Source of the DNA: a virus
Lineage: Duplodnaviria; Heunggongvirae; Uroviricota; Caudoviricetes
Reading direction: 5' to 3' (one strand)
Virus record (IMG/VR): IMGVR_UViG_3300042563_002362
DNA: 64,000 nt
Part shown: positions 11,533-21,580 of the stretch, piece by piece
Numbering within the stretch: the stretch's first letter is position 1
Layout: each line of letters starts with the position of its first letter
Translations under genes and position numbers: made by a program
The notes under the pieces: generated by a model
Database searches by the model: none
Told to the model about the DNA's origin: nothing
Seen by the model: the letters and a program-made list of their open reading frames with translations, nothing else

Positions 11533-14466
11533 ATGCCTGACATCATCGGTGGCCAAATAATATCAACGCACGTAATAGGTGGAACACTTGTTGAACAAGA
11601 TAGTTTTTCATCTACACTAAATAACACTCTTGCACCTGGACCAATTGGGGCGACGGGTCCTCAAGGTTTAGTTGGTTCAACAGGACCAATTGGGTCTACA
11701 GGTTCAACGGGACCAATTGGGGCGACGGGTTCAACAGGACCAATTGGGTCTACAGGTAGCACAGGACCAATTGGGTCTACAGGTTCAACGGGACCAATTG
11801 GGGCGACGGGACCAATTGGGTCTACAGGTAGCACAGGACCAATTGGGGCGACGGGTCCTCAAGGTTTAGTCGGATCAACTGGACCCCAAGGTCTTGTAGG
11901 AGGAAGCGGTGCGACAGGCGCAACAGGACCGGCTGGTGTGGACGCTTTATGGAATTACACTCACGAGTATAATGGTGGTGTAAGTTATTCGGTTGGCGAT
12001 CTCGCAACATACGGCGGCCAACTGTTTTATCGAAAACATGCCAATGGCGGTAACATAGGAGATACTCCATATGATGGTAGTTTATTTTGGGATCTAATTG
12101 CTTCAAGCGGAGCAACAGGAATTCAAGGTCCGCAAGGCTCAACAGGACCCCAAGGAGCAACTGGCAGCACTGGTATTCAAGGTCTTGTAGGAGGAAGCGG
12201 TGCGACAGGCGCAACTGGGCCCCAAGGATCTACAGGAGCAACTGGCCCTACGCCCGAAGGTGTTGTATATGATACGGGTGATCAGAGCATAGGCGGAACA
12301 AAGACGTTTACTTCTGGATTAACAGTTTCTTCTGGCCAAATACTGGTTCCAGTAGGCCCTATTGCATATTCATTCACGGGAGATACGAACACTGGGTTTG
12401 GGTCTCTAGAGGCTGATAACTTTTCTTTCTTCACAGCCGGTGTAGCTAGAATGACCATGGGAACTGGTTCTTTATCAACAACGGTTCCACAGAGAACGTC
12501 GAATGGTTCCGCTGCTTCGCCCGGTTTCGCCTTTTGGGATGATACAAACACCGGTTTGTTTAGAGCGGCGTCAGATGTATTAGGATTTTCAACGGGTGGT
12601 GTTGAGCACATGAGGCTTGCCGAAGATGCTGGGCTTATGGTGGGAATAAATGCTGGATCTCCATCTGCTTGGCTTCATGTTATTGGTACTACACAACAGC
12701 TTCGCATCGGATATAACACTTCCAATTACTGGTCTTCAACAATTAGTTCAACTGGAGGTCTAACAATGCAAGGGGTTGGAACTGGGGGCGCTCTAACGAT
12801 TTCCCCTACCTCTGGGCAAAACATAAACCTCACGCTATCGGGAACTGGAGATTTTGCGGTGAATACCAATCACCTATATGTTGACACAAGTACTGGAAAT
12901 GTCGGTGTCGGGACAGCTACTCCAAATGAAAAATTAACTGTAGCTGGGAATACTTTTGTTACTGGCGGTTTGGGTATCGGCGCTACAAATACAGCAGCTG
13001 GAACTATACAACTTGGATCAAACGGTTCAAACGGCGCACCTTCTATTGGTTGGGAAACTACTGGATTTTATAAAACAGCTGGTAATTCAGTTGTGTTCAC
13101 AAGTTCTGGTGCAAATGCGACCACTTTTACCGCAGGTGGAGGTATTAGCACTTTAGGTAATGTTGCAGGTGGATCAGGGACGGTAAGTGCTCCTTCTCAT
13201 ACATTTACTGCGGAGTCAAGTTTAGGTATGTGGAGGGCTGGTACAAATATACTAGCTTTCTCTACGGCTAGTTCTGAGAGGTTGAGAATTGATGCTAATG
13301 GAAATGTCGGTGTCGGGTCAACTACTCCAAATGAAAAATTAACAGTCTCGGGAAATATATCTGCCACCAATATATACTCCGGTAATATTGTATATAATAC
13401 AGGTGATCAGAGTATTGCTGGCGATAAAACCTTCACAGATGACTTGATTTGTAATGGACAAATAACAGCACCAAACCAAACGGATACCACCGGAAATTCA
13501 GTTTTAACACGTTCGTTAGCAGATGCACGATACATATCAAATGTTGGATTGTTGAGTTTGGCTTCGATTACTCTTGTGGATGTAGCAATGGGGTTTGCTT
13601 CTCAGGCCATAAACACTACATTAAACCAACCAGCTTCAACAGGTGCAACTGGTCTTAGGCTCACTACGACAGTTGGTATGGTTGTAGGTGCAACAATAGC
13701 AACGAATATATTCACTGGAATTCCGCATAATACATACATCACAGCTATAGATGCGGCTGCTGTTTCACCACTGCCAAACGTTACAATTTCTGCTCCGCTA
13801 ATTGCTGATATTCCATCAGGGCAAGTAATCAACACCGTAGTTGTTGCGGGCGGAAGCGCAACGTCAAGCGGCAGGAGCATGTTCGCTTCTACAAGCACAA
13901 CTCTGGGAAGCGAATCTACTTTGTTGTTCGGCGGATTTAATCCATCTCCCTTTGTATATCCGGGAGAAGTTTCTTCCGGTAGTTCTGGGATCAATTTCAA
14001 CCGGAAAACATACTTTGGATTTAAAATAACAACCGCTCACGGAACTAATAATGGGCCAAACGCTGGTGCTGACGGTTGGGTGCGTATGGGTTGTTCGCGT
14101 CAATATCGAAAGTATGGAGCGCCAGAAGCACCAAATAAAGCGGTTGGTATATGGCGTTCAGCTGGATCATATTATGCGTGGGTGATGGATGGAACCACAC
14201 TAAACATAGGCGCAACTCCTATATTCACGACAATTTCAGGATTGAACCCAGTTACACTTGTAGAAATTACAGGTGACGGGCTAGGAAATTTTACATTCCA
14301 TATAAACGGAGTTGCTATACAAACTTTAACGGGAGGACCAACTGGACAATCTGGACAAGAAGGTACTCAATTTGCATTATGCGTAAGAAATCTTACTGGT
14401 GGTGCATCTAGTAATTGCACTATGTCAATCGTGAACGGACAATTCATTTTCACATACTTAGAATAA
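11533..14466 (+). CDS. Second collagen-like tail fibre protein
   Basis: [15 protein letters not shown] collagen runs; duplicated GDQSIxGxKTF and [19 protein letters not shown] fibre modules; exact 38-bp repeat at 11887 and 12178. Confidence 0.8.
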   Translation: MPDIIGGQIISTHVIGGTLVEQDSFSSTLNNTLAPGPIGATGPQGLVGSTGPIGSTGSTGPIGATGSTGPIGSTGSTGPIGSTGSTGPIGATGPIGSTGSTGPIGATGPQGLVGSTGPQGLVGGSGATGATGPAGVDALWNYTHEYNGGVSYSVGDLATYGGQLFYRKHANGGNIGDTPYDGSLFWDLIASSGATGIQGPQGSTGPQGATGSTGIQGLVGGSGATGATGPQGSTGATGPTPEGVVYDTGDQSIGGTKTFTSGLTVSSGQILVPVGPIAYSFTGDTNTGFGSLEADNFSFFTAGVARMTMGTGSLSTTVPQRTSNGSAASPGFAFWDDTNTGLFRAASDVLGFSTGGVEHMRLAEDAGLMVGINAGSPSAWLHVIGTTQQLRIGYNTSNYWSSTISSTGGLTMQGVGTGGALTISPTSGQNINLTLSGTGDFAVNTNHLYVDTSTGNVGVGTATPNEKLTVAGNTFVTGGLGIGATNTAAGTIQLGSNGSNGAPSIGWETTGFYKTAGNSVVFTSSGANATTFTAGGGISTLGNVAGGSGTVSAPSHTFTAESSLGMWRAGTNILAFSTASSERLRIDANGNVGVGSTTPNEKLTVSGNISATNIYSGNIVYNTGDQSIAGDKTFTDDLICNGQITAPNQTDTTGNSVLTRSLADARYISNVGLLSLASITLVDVAMGFASQAINTTLNQPASTGATGLRLTTTVGMVVGATIATNIFTGIPHNTYITAIDAAAVSPLPNVTISAPLIADIPSGQVINTVVVAGGSATSSGRSMFASTSTTLGSESTLLFGGFNPSPFVYPGEVSSGSSGINFNRKTYFGFKITTAHGTNNGPNAGADGWVRMGCSRQYRKYGAPEAPNKAVGIWRSAGSYYAWVMDGTTLNIGATPIFTTISGLNPVTLVEITGDGLGNFTFHINGVAIQTLTGGPTGQSGQEGTQFALCVRNLTGGASSNCTMSIVNGQFIFTYLE

Positions 14467-14467
14467 T

Positions 14468-14887
14468 ATGATTACAAACAAAACTCAAACACAAAAGGAT
14501 ATTGATCAGATTGAAAAACTAGCTGACAATACAATCAGAGCTTTAAAGGCGGCGGTTTCATCGTTGAACAACTCTTTTGATTATTTTTGGAATTTACCAG
14601 AAGAAAGACTTGTTAATGTGTTGAATTCATTGATAGAATCTGAAGCCTTACAAAGTGTGTTTAATCGGCACGCCGAAACTGCACAACATTTCAATTCGAT
14701 TCTTCAATCTAATGGGGTGTTTGACGTGAGATGTAAGACAGTTGTTCCCAAGGTATTCACAATAGGAGAAAGTGGAGTGACTATAGTCAAACCAATAATT
14801 GAAGAACCGATGGTCGAATACATCTCTACAGACCAACCAATAATTGAAGAACCGGTTGTCGAATACATCCCCACAGACTTAGAGTAA
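14468..14887 (+). CDS. Hypothetical protein, possible fibre assembly chaperone
   Basis: Immediately follows the fibre gene; C-terminal PIIEEPxVEYIxTD duplication. Confidence 0.55.
   Translation: MITNKTQTQKDIDQIEKLADNTIRALKAAVSSLNNSFDYFWNLPEERLVNVLNSLIESEALQSVFNRHAETAQHFNSILQSNGVFDVRCKTVVPKVFTIGESGVTIVKPIIEEPMVEYISTDQPIIEEPVVEYIPTDLE
14791..14878 (+). repeat. Imperfect 45-bp in-frame tandem duplication
   Basis: accaataattgaagaaccg...gaatacatc..acagac at 14791 and 14836. Confidence 0.85.
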
Positions 14888-14901
14888 ATGATGTCAGTCA
14901 T

Positions 14902-15078
14902 TCATGGAGCTTTCGCTTCAAGTAACTCTTTATGTGTAAGATGGAGTCTTCCGGTATTTGCCGTAAAGTAATAACGATCTCCTTCTACTTTATAGATTGT
15001 GATGTGGTCAACTATGCCTAGACCTAAGTCGCTCAGTTGATTTGCAAACTCTTTCGTAATGTTAATGCGTTCATTCAT
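14902..15078 (-). CDS. 58-aa hypothetical protein on the minus strand (below the ORF-track cutoff)
   Basis: Manual translation MNERINITKEFANQLSDLGLGIVDHITIYKVEGDRYYFTANTGRLHLTHKELLEAKAP*. Fills the intergenic gap. Confidence 0.6.
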   Translation of the reverse strand: MNERINITKEFANQLSDLGLGIVDHITIYKVEGDRYYFTANTGRLHLTHKELLEAKAP

Positions 15079-15093
15079 AATGGATATATCTAA

Positions 15094-15786
15094 ATGAAAG
15101 TAGCGCTAGCATTAAGAGGTCATATAAGAGACGGGTTGATCGATGCACGACTTCGTCAATTTGTAGAAAAGCTAATCTCCACGCGACGTGTCGGTACTCT
15201 TGACATATATTGTCATACATGGAAAGAACATGAGGCCAAGAGTTCATACCGGAAATTGGATCATGGTGTAATTGTAAAGGTTACACCGGATTTGATTAAA
15301 CACTACTTTGGTGAAAGCATCCGAGATAAAATAAAGAGCATTGAAATCGCAGATGACTCTAAGTTAGAGCTTAAAGGAAACCTTGAAGGCAAAGTTGCAA
15401 AATCATTATTACCGATTGTTGCATGGAAGCGAATGTGGGCTGGTAAAAGAAAGTTGATTGACACAATTGCAGAGTCAGGTGTACAATATGATAAGGTAAT
15501 CAACACTCGATACGACTTGTTCACTCATCATTTATGTTTAACGAGTGAACCTTTGCTGATGAGAATTTTCAATTCACCTCGCACCTTAAACTTTAAGTAC
15601 CCAATATATACGCGTAATCCTGTCGGATTAGACAATTTTTATGTTGGACAATTGCAACAAATGCAAAAGCTTATCCATTCATTTGATGATAGTTTAGATG
15701 AAATAGTTAAGATATATCCAAATATTGACGTTCAAGAAAAATTAGTTTATGAATATGCAAAAGACAATAGACTTATACTCCGCTAA
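15094..15786 (+). CDS. Putative glycosyltransferase-like protein (phage/giant-virus type)
   Basis: MKVALALRGHIR...DIYCHTW...YDKVINTRYDL pattern resembles viral GT-like families. Adjacent to glf and a GT14 gene. Confidence 0.5.
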   Translation: MKVALALRGHIRDGLIDARLRQFVEKLISTRRVGTLDIYCHTWKEHEAKSSYRKLDHGVIVKVTPDLIKHYFGESIRDKIKSIEIADDSKLELKGNLEGKVAKSLLPIVAWKRMWAGKRKLIDTIAESGVQYDKVINTRYDLFTHHLCLTSEPLLMRIFNSPRTLNFKYPIYTRNPVGLDNFYVGQLQQMQKLIHSFDDSLDEIVKIYPNIDVQEKLVYEYAKDNRLILR

Positions 15787-16774
15787 GATAGTAGGATGTG
15801 GACTTAGCGGAACTGTTGCGGCAGTATGTCTTGCTCGCAAGGGATACATTGTTGACATCTTTGAAACACGATCTCATATTGGTGGAAATTGCTATGATGC
15901 ACCACTTGGTAATGTAAAGTTTCTTCATCAATATGGACCACACATTTTTCATACCGATGACGAAGAGGTCTGGGATTTTGTTAAGGACTATTCTGAATGG
16001 ACTTCATTCAACCTGCAGCCTAAAGGCCAATCCACTCATTATGGATTGATCAGCCTTCCTTACAGTCAAAAAACAATTAAAGAGATTGGTCATGAATTGT
16101 CACAGGAAGAAATTGTTGATACAATCTTTAAAGACTATTCCGAAAAGCAGTGGGGAGTTCCGTTTGATACTATACCAAAGACAATCACTAATCGCATTCC
16201 AAAGACAGCGAATTGTGAAGACCCTACCTGGTTTGAAGGACAAAAGTATCAGTGCATTCCTAAGGATGGTTATACCGCAATGTTTCGGAAGATGCTTGAC
16301 CACCCTAACATACACGTGCATCTTAATTGTAAGCCAAACGAATGGAGGGAACACGCGGCGACATTAACAGTTTACACTGGAAAAGTTGATGCATACTATG
16401 ACTATAAACACGGTCGTTTGCCATACCGCACGCTTGAATTTCATCATCGCAGTGGAGTTCCAGTTGAAGAACATTTTGTTGTTAATCAAATCAATTCACA
16501 TTCACCTTACACTCGAATTTATGATCATAGCCACTTTGATCAGAATCATACTGGGACGACTACGGTTACATGTGAATACTCAAAGGAATGTGGGAACGAC
16601 GATATTCCATACTACCCAATACCGTGGGGAGAAGGTCAATCGATTTATTCAGCATATGAAGAAATGGCTAAGAATGAAAAGGGTGTTATATTTGTGGGCA
16701 GATTAGCCACCTATAAATATCTTGACATGTGGATGGCAATCAAACATGTTTTAATTAAGCTTAAAAATGTCTAA
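15749..16774 (+). CDS. glf: UDP-galactopyranose mutase
   Basis: FAD-binding VGCGLSG, HIGGNCYD, HQYGPHIFHT, YYPIP and GRLATYKYLDM motifs. Confidence 0.93.
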   Translation: MNMQKTIDLYSAKIVGCGLSGTVAAVCLARKGYIVDIFETRSHIGGNCYDAPLGNVKFLHQYGPHIFHTDDEEVWDFVKDYSEWTSFNLQPKGQSTHYGLISLPYSQKTIKEIGHELSQEEIVDTIFKDYSEKQWGVPFDTIPKTITNRIPKTANCEDPTWFEGQKYQCIPKDGYTAMFRKMLDHPNIHVHLNCKPNEWREHAATLTVYTGKVDAYYDYKHGRLPYRTLEFHHRSGVPVEEHFVVNQINSHSPYTRIYDHSHFDQNHTGTTTVTCEYSKECGNDDIPYYPIPWGEGQSIYSAYEEMAKNEKGVIFVGRLATYKYLDMWMAIKHVLIKLKNV

Positions 16775-17582
16775 GAAAATAGCATTCATCGCGCTAACAT
16801 ATAATAAGTTTGAAAAGGAAGGATTGATGAGTCGGTTCTTTGATGAACGGTATTCACATATGTATAACTTATACATTCATTCAAAGGAAAACCTCGATAC
16901 AAATTCGCGTTTTTCTAAACACTGTTTACCTTATAGCGAACGTGTTCATAATACGGCTTGGGGTTATTTCTCGTTAGTTGAAGCAACTGTAAAATTATTA
17001 CGACATGCGCTTAAGGACCAGGATAATGAGAAATTTATTTTGATAAGCGATTCTCATTGCCCACTGTATAATATCAATAAGATGTGTGATATCTTATGGG
17101 AACATGCAGACATAACATGTTTTAATGTATATGACACTGATAAATTAGCAGCTCATCGGTTTTTCAAAATGTTTAAGTTAGAAAAGTCGCGTGCAATTAT
17201 GGTACCAGTTTCTGTGAAGAATGCGATGTTTTTGTCGCAATGGTTTGTATGTACACGTGAAGCAGCAATTGCATTTATAGCAGAGTATGATCGGACTCAT
17301 CAATTATTTGATAAAGACACTGATACTTATGCAGATGAATGTTGGTTTGGCACTATGGCAAACCATTTACAGATACCATGGAAAAATCGATCATTTTGCT
17401 TTGCTGATTGGAATTGGGAAACTGAACAGTATATGATTGATCGCGGGTGTAAGAAGAATCCGCATACATTTGGCGAAGTTACACATGCTGACATTGATAA
17501 ATATCGCGAGGGCGGAAACGTTTTTATTCGCAAGATCCATTCCAGTACTATAGTTGATGAGGATTATCTCTTAAAGCTATAA
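16767..17582 (+). CDS. Core-2/I-branching beta-1,6-GlcNAc transferase family (GT14-like)
   Basis: YNLYIH, TAWGYFSLVEA, NEKFILISDSHCPLY, SQWF and DECWFGT motifs. Confidence 0.8.
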   Translation: MSKKIAFIALTYNKFEKEGLMSRFFDERYSHMYNLYIHSKENLDTNSRFSKHCLPYSERVHNTAWGYFSLVEATVKLLRHALKDQDNEKFILISDSHCPLYNINKMCDILWEHADITCFNVYDTDKLAAHRFFKMFKLEKSRAIMVPVSVKNAMFLSQWFVCTREAAIAFIAEYDRTHQLFDKDTDTYADECWFGTMANHLQIPWKNRSFCFADWNWETEQYMIDRGCKKNPHTFGEVTHADIDKYREGGNVFIRKIHSSTIVDEDYLLKL

Positions 17583-17584
17583 AA

Positions 17585-17592
17585 TATAAATA
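17585..17592 (+). promoter_or_regulatory. Late promoter TATAAATA
   Basis: Exact consensus 5 nt before the holin ATG. Confidence 0.7.
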
Positions 17593-17597
17593 GTAAC

Positions 17598-17930
17598 ATG
17601 GATCAAGAGAAATCGATGATAAAGGCCTTTATTGAAGGAGGTTGGGTTATACCTCTAATAGGAGCTATCGCTATGATAGCACGTATACTATCGTCTGACG
17701 CAAAGCTGACAACCTGGGATCTTGTTAAGAAGATAACGACAGCCGCAATTGCCAGCGGTATTGCTTGGTTTGTTCTTGAACAAACCGACATCAGCAGTTT
17801 ATACAAAGCAATTACATACGGCATCATCGGTGTTATATCGCCTGAGATCATTAGTGGGATTGTAAAGATTGGTCAGCGTTTCTCTAAAAATCCAACTGCA
17901 TTCTTACCTCTAAACAAAGAAGATAAATAA
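17598..17930 (+). CDS. Putative holin (about 3 transmembrane helices)
   Basis: 110 aa, three hydrophobic segments, basic C-terminal tail, late promoter. Confidence 0.55.
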   Translation: MDQEKSMIKAFIEGGWVIPLIGAIAMIARILSSDAKLTTWDLVKKITTAAIASGIAWFVLEQTDISSLYKAITYGIIGVISPEIISGIVKIGQRFSKNPTAFLPLNKEDK

Positions 17931-17934
17931 CTAT

Positions 17935-18264
17935 ATGAACGTACATATTCGAGAAGCATTGAGAAGTATTTCTTCTGCGTTAAAATATCTACCGCTGAAC
18001 GTCACAACTCTGCCTAACACTTACTATTATCCAAACGCAGCAACCGACGCATTAAGAAATAGATCTACTCCTCTTGTTGATATTAATGATGCCGGTGTGC
18101 CATTTAAGGGTGTACATATAAATGCTGACTGTACACTTAAGATTATTGGAGTTGATGGAGTTGTAGCAACTTTTACTTTAACCGCAGGATGCTGGCCTTA
18201 TGGTGGTCTTGGAATATTCAAGACTGGCTCAACGGGCGCATCTAACATTATCCTACTGTATTGA
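17935..18264 (+). CDS. Head-spike base protein-like (RcGTA Rcc01079-like)
   Basis: C-terminal GVHINADCTLKIIGVDGVVATFTLTAG...IFKTGSTGASNIILLY aligns by eye with the Rcc01079-family pattern as recalled. Confidence 0.55.
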   Translation: MNVHIREALRSISSALKYLPLNVTTLPNTYYYPNAATDALRNRSTPLVDINDAGVPFKGVHINADCTLKIIGVDGVVATFTLTAGCWPYGGLGIFKTGSTGASNIILLY

Positions 18265-18267
18265 TAT

Positions 18268-18396
18268 ATGAATTTAGGTCTTAGTTTAAGCATATCAAAT
18301 CCTAGACCGCCGTCTGCGGCTCCTAGTCAAAATGCTATTACATTCAATGGAACCCCATTAACATATAATGGCCAATCAATAATTTTTACTCCTTAA
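18268..18396 (+). CDS. 42-aa protein with a head-spike-fibre-like N-terminus
   Basis: MNLGLSLSISNPRPPSAAPSQNAITFNGTPLTYNGQSIIFTP*. LGLSLSI resembles the LGLGLGL anchor of Rcc01080-type fibres. Confidence 0.5.
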   Translation: MNLGLSLSISNPRPPSAAPSQNAITFNGTPLTYNGQSIIFTP

Positions 18397-18402
18397 TAAC
18401 AT

Positions 18403-18660
18403 ATGCCAATAGATTTAGGTGATAACCCCATTGGAGCAACTCCAACAATAGCACAAGCAGCACAGATGTGTACTGCTCTTAAAGTAGGAACTGGTAATGA
18501 TGTAACTTTTAATAAAGAAGCTTTTGCAAATTCAGTCTATCCTATAACAGATGTTAAGGGAGCATCACATATTGTCACTGTCACTGAATTACGAAACATT
18601 CTTGTAACATACGGGATGATGTATCAGTCAATTTGGGCTGCGGCTAACACTACTATATAA
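18403..18660 (+). CDS. Small hypothetical structural protein
   Basis: 85 aa with a fibre-like QMCTALKVGTGNDVTFN motif. Confidence 0.55.
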   Translation: MPIDLGDNPIGATPTIAQAAQMCTALKVGTGNDVTFNKEAFANSVYPITDVKGASHIVTVTELRNILVTYGMMYQSIWAAANTTI

Positions 18661-18664
18661 TCAT

Positions 18665-19414
18665 ATGGCTAGACCAGCGTCCAGACAAGAACTTGCCGAA
18701 TATTGCTTACGCAATCTAGGTGCACCCGTTATTGAAATTAACATCGATGAAGATCAAATCGAAGATCGTATCGATGAGGCTATTCAATTTTATCAGGAGT
18801 ATCACGCAGATGCGGTTGTTCGTACTTTCATTAAACATCAAATCACCGAAGAGACTCTTGAGGATAAAGTAATTGTTTTACCTGACGCTGTCCTTAGTGT
18901 AACACGTGTTCTTAACCTTAGTGCAGGTGGGGATGCAGCTGACATGTTTAATGTCAAATATCAGATGTTCCTCAATGACCTTTACGGTTTAAGAAACCCA
19001 AGTGCATTGGTTAACTATGAAATCACTAAGCAATATCTTAGCTTAATTGAGTTAACACTTACAGGTGCATCTCAGCAAGTTACATATACACGTCATAAGA
19101 ATGAATTAACAATTCAAGACGACTGGCATAAGTATCTTAGTGTTGGTGAATACATTATCATTGAATGCTACATGACAGTTGATCCTGAGGATTATACTGA
19201 AGTGTATAATGACATGGCTCTGAAGCGCTACACAACTGCATTGTTTAAGCGTCAGTGGGGAGCTAACCTAATCAAGTTTGAAGGACTCCAACTTCCAGGT
19301 GGTGTTACTCTAAATGGTCGTCAGTTATATGATGACGCGATCAACGATATTGAAAAGATGGAAGAAGCATGGGATTCTAAATACTCATTACCGGTCGACT
19401 TTTTTGTAGGATAA
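18665..19414 (+). CDS. gp13: Neck protein gp13
   Basis: PASRQELAEYCLRNLGAPVIEINIDEDQIEDRIDEA; QWGANLIKFEGLQLPGGVTLNG. Confidence 0.95.
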   Translation: MARPASRQELAEYCLRNLGAPVIEINIDEDQIEDRIDEAIQFYQEYHADAVVRTFIKHQITEETLEDKVIVLPDAVLSVTRVLNLSAGGDAADMFNVKYQMFLNDLYGLRNPSALVNYEITKQYLSLIELTLTGASQQVTYTRHKNELTIQDDWHKYLSVGEYIIIECYMTVDPEDYTEVYNDMALKRYTTALFKRQWGANLIKFEGLQLPGGVTLNGRQLYDDAINDIEKMEEAWDSKYSLPVDFFVG

Positions 19415-19415
19415 T

Positions 19416-20330
19416 ATGGCACGTAACGTATACTTCAGTCACGGAACTCGTTCCGAAAAACACCTCCTCGAGGACATCCTTATTGAGGCAATGAAGATCT
19501 ACGGGCATGACACATACTACATCCCGCGCAAGATTATTCAGATGGATTCCATCTTGAATGAAGATTTTCTTTCGCAGTTTGATAAAGCTTTTAAGATTGA
19601 AATGTACGTCGAAAGTATCGACGGATTTGAAGGAGATGGTAAGTTAGTGTCGAAGTTTGGTCTTGAAATCCGAGATCAAATTACGGTCGTTGTATCAAGA
19701 CGACGTTGGAACGGTCTTATTGGTAAATTTGGATACACTGAAAATAGTGCGCGCCCTCGAGAAGGAGACCTTATATACTTCCCGATGACAGCTGGTCTAT
19801 TCGAGATTAAATGGGTTGAAGATAAGCAACCATTCTTCCAGCTAAATAATACTCCCACATTTAAATTGACATGTGAACTTTATGAATACGGTAATCAAAA
19901 CATTAACACCGGTGTACCAGAAGTTGACATCGTTCAACAGGTTTCTTCGCAGGTTTGGAGAGCATATGTGGAATTTCTTAACAATGAAATTCATACACTT
20001 GATGAATTTTGTACAATCACTCTTCCAAGCGGAATTACCGGTAGTGCTAAGTTTCTTAGCGTCGCGCAATATACTAACATGACCGCTGCTAGCTTTGGTT
20101 CTTTAGTATTTGACGACGGGCAATACCACAGCATTACAATTGGGACTACATTTACCGGTCAAGAATCTGGGTCCGTCTCAACCGTAACACAGTTGATTGA
20201 TCTTAGCGACGGCGATGTTATGACATTCCCAAATGACTACGTTGCACAAAATAGTACTTTTGGAATACAGGGTAATAACTTCATTGACTTTAGCGAGGAT
20301 AATGTGTTTGGAGAACCATTTGACTTTTAA
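19416..20330 (+). CDS. gp14: Neck / head-closure protein gp14
   Basis: YGHDTYYIPR, IEMYVESIDGFEG, RPREGDLIYFP, FIDFSEDNVFG. Confidence 0.95.
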   Translation: MARNVYFSHGTRSEKHLLEDILIEAMKIYGHDTYYIPRKIIQMDSILNEDFLSQFDKAFKIEMYVESIDGFEGDGKLVSKFGLEIRDQITVVVSRRRWNGLIGKFGYTENSARPREGDLIYFPMTAGLFEIKWVEDKQPFFQLNNTPTFKLTCELYEYGNQNINTGVPEVDIVQQVSSQVWRAYVEFLNNEIHTLDEFCTITLPSGITGSAKFLSVAQYTNMTAASFGSLVFDDGQYHSITIGTTFTGQESGSVSTVTQLIDLSDGDVMTFPNDYVAQNSTFGIQGNNFIDFSEDNVFGEPFDF

Positions 20331-20332
20331 TT

Positions 20333-21580
20333 ATGTTAGGCAACACATACTTCTATAATAAGAGCTTAAAAACAATTGTTGCTGTCTTTGGAACGTTGTT
20401 TAACAATATAAGCATTGCTAAGTTAATCAATGGGAAGATGCAGGGCATTTCGCGCGTACCGTTGTCATATGCGCCGCGGCAAAAGTTTCTAGCGCGTCTT
20501 TCTACATATGATGTAAATAATCCAATCGATGTAGCAGTTCGTTTACCACGTATGTCATTTGAAATCACTAGCATTCAATATGACACAAGCTCAAAACTAA
20601 ATCGTCTTAACAGCACTTTATATCCAATTAGTGAGACAAACACAATTGAAAAAGCTAGGGTATATCAAAGCACTCCATACATACTTGGTATGCAGCTTAA
20701 TATCTTAGCACGTCATCAGGACGATGCACTGCAATGCGTTGAGCAAATTTTGCCATACTTTAATCCTGAATACAATATAACTGTAAAAGATCTTGAAGGT
20801 CCAGGCTCGCGAACAGATATTCCAATCACGCTGCAAGGAGTAAGTTTTCAAGACGATTATGAAGGAGACTTTGAGTCTTCGCGTCGCACAATCATTTATA
20901 CACTTGACTTTACAATTCGAGTGAAATTTACAGGTCCGATTGATCAACGTGCTAAGATCATTAAATGGGTTGAAGCTAAGATGCATGCTGATATGAATAT
21001 TTCAGCAACGTCTAAACCCGATGAAATCATTCGTGTTGAAGCAACAAGTGAGCCAGACGCAGAAGGTAACTTCACAGTTTCCACAACATATGGATTCATT
21101 GAAGATCTTCCACCAATATCTGATACTCTATCAGGATTAGAATGGAGAGTTGAAAGAAATGTTGGAGGAGACATAAGTGTTGATAGCTTAAATGGACCTA
21201 CATTAGAATTTGTCTCCGACATGGGAACTGATACGAGTGAATACACCGTAAGTACTCGCTTCTTTAATAACTCCGAAAATCAAGATCCAAATGGAGTATA
21301 TGCACCTTCAGGGGAAGTTACTTTATACCTAAATTGGTTGTCAAATCCACAACATGGAACAAGTACACCTGGTTACCTATCAAGTGATTATGGCGACTAC
21401 ATTAAGGTTTATGCAAATGGAGAACTTATCTTATCTAGTGAAAATGGAGTTAGCACGAAATCCCCACAATCTCAAAGCGTAACAATTCCAGCAAATCAAG
21501 AAGTCATCCTTACATATCGTGTACTTAAAACCAAAGGATCTTCTCTAAACGCAACTGCGCAAATTTCATATTATGAGTAA
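20333..21580 (+). CDS. gp15: Tail sheath stabiliser gp15 with C-terminal extension
   Basis: YFYNKSLKTIVAVFGTLFNNI, RLPRMSFEI, EQILPYFNPEY. About 155 extra C-terminal residues. Confidence 0.92.
   Translation: MLGNTYFYNKSLKTIVAVFGTLFNNISIAKLINGKMQGISRVPLSYAPRQKFLARLSTYDVNNPIDVAVRLPRMSFEITSIQYDTSSKLNRLNSTLYPISETNTIEKARVYQSTPYILGMQLNILARHQDDALQCVEQILPYFNPEYNITVKDLEGPGSRTDIPITLQGVSFQDDYEGDFESSRRTIIYTLDFTIRVKFTGPIDQRAKIIKWVEAKMHADMNISATSKPDEIIRVEATSEPDAEGNFTVSTTYGFIEDLPPISDTLSGLEWRVERNVGGDISVDSLNGPTLEFVSDMGTDTSEYTVSTRFFNNSENQDPNGVYAPSGEVTLYLNWLSNPQHGTSTPGYLSSDYGDYIKVYANGELILSSENGVSTKSPQSQSVTIPANQEVILTYRVLKTKGSSLNATAQISYYE

Noticed and set aside
8610-12272. Long antisense and alternative-frame ORFs over the collagen genes (e.g. 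9061-9558 minus)
   Set aside because: They are shadows of Gly-X-Y codon periodicity (PVAPVA) with no independent signals.
5667-14466. Diversity-generating retroelement acting on the fibres
   Set aside because: No reverse transcriptase and no TR/VR pair differing only at adenines were found.
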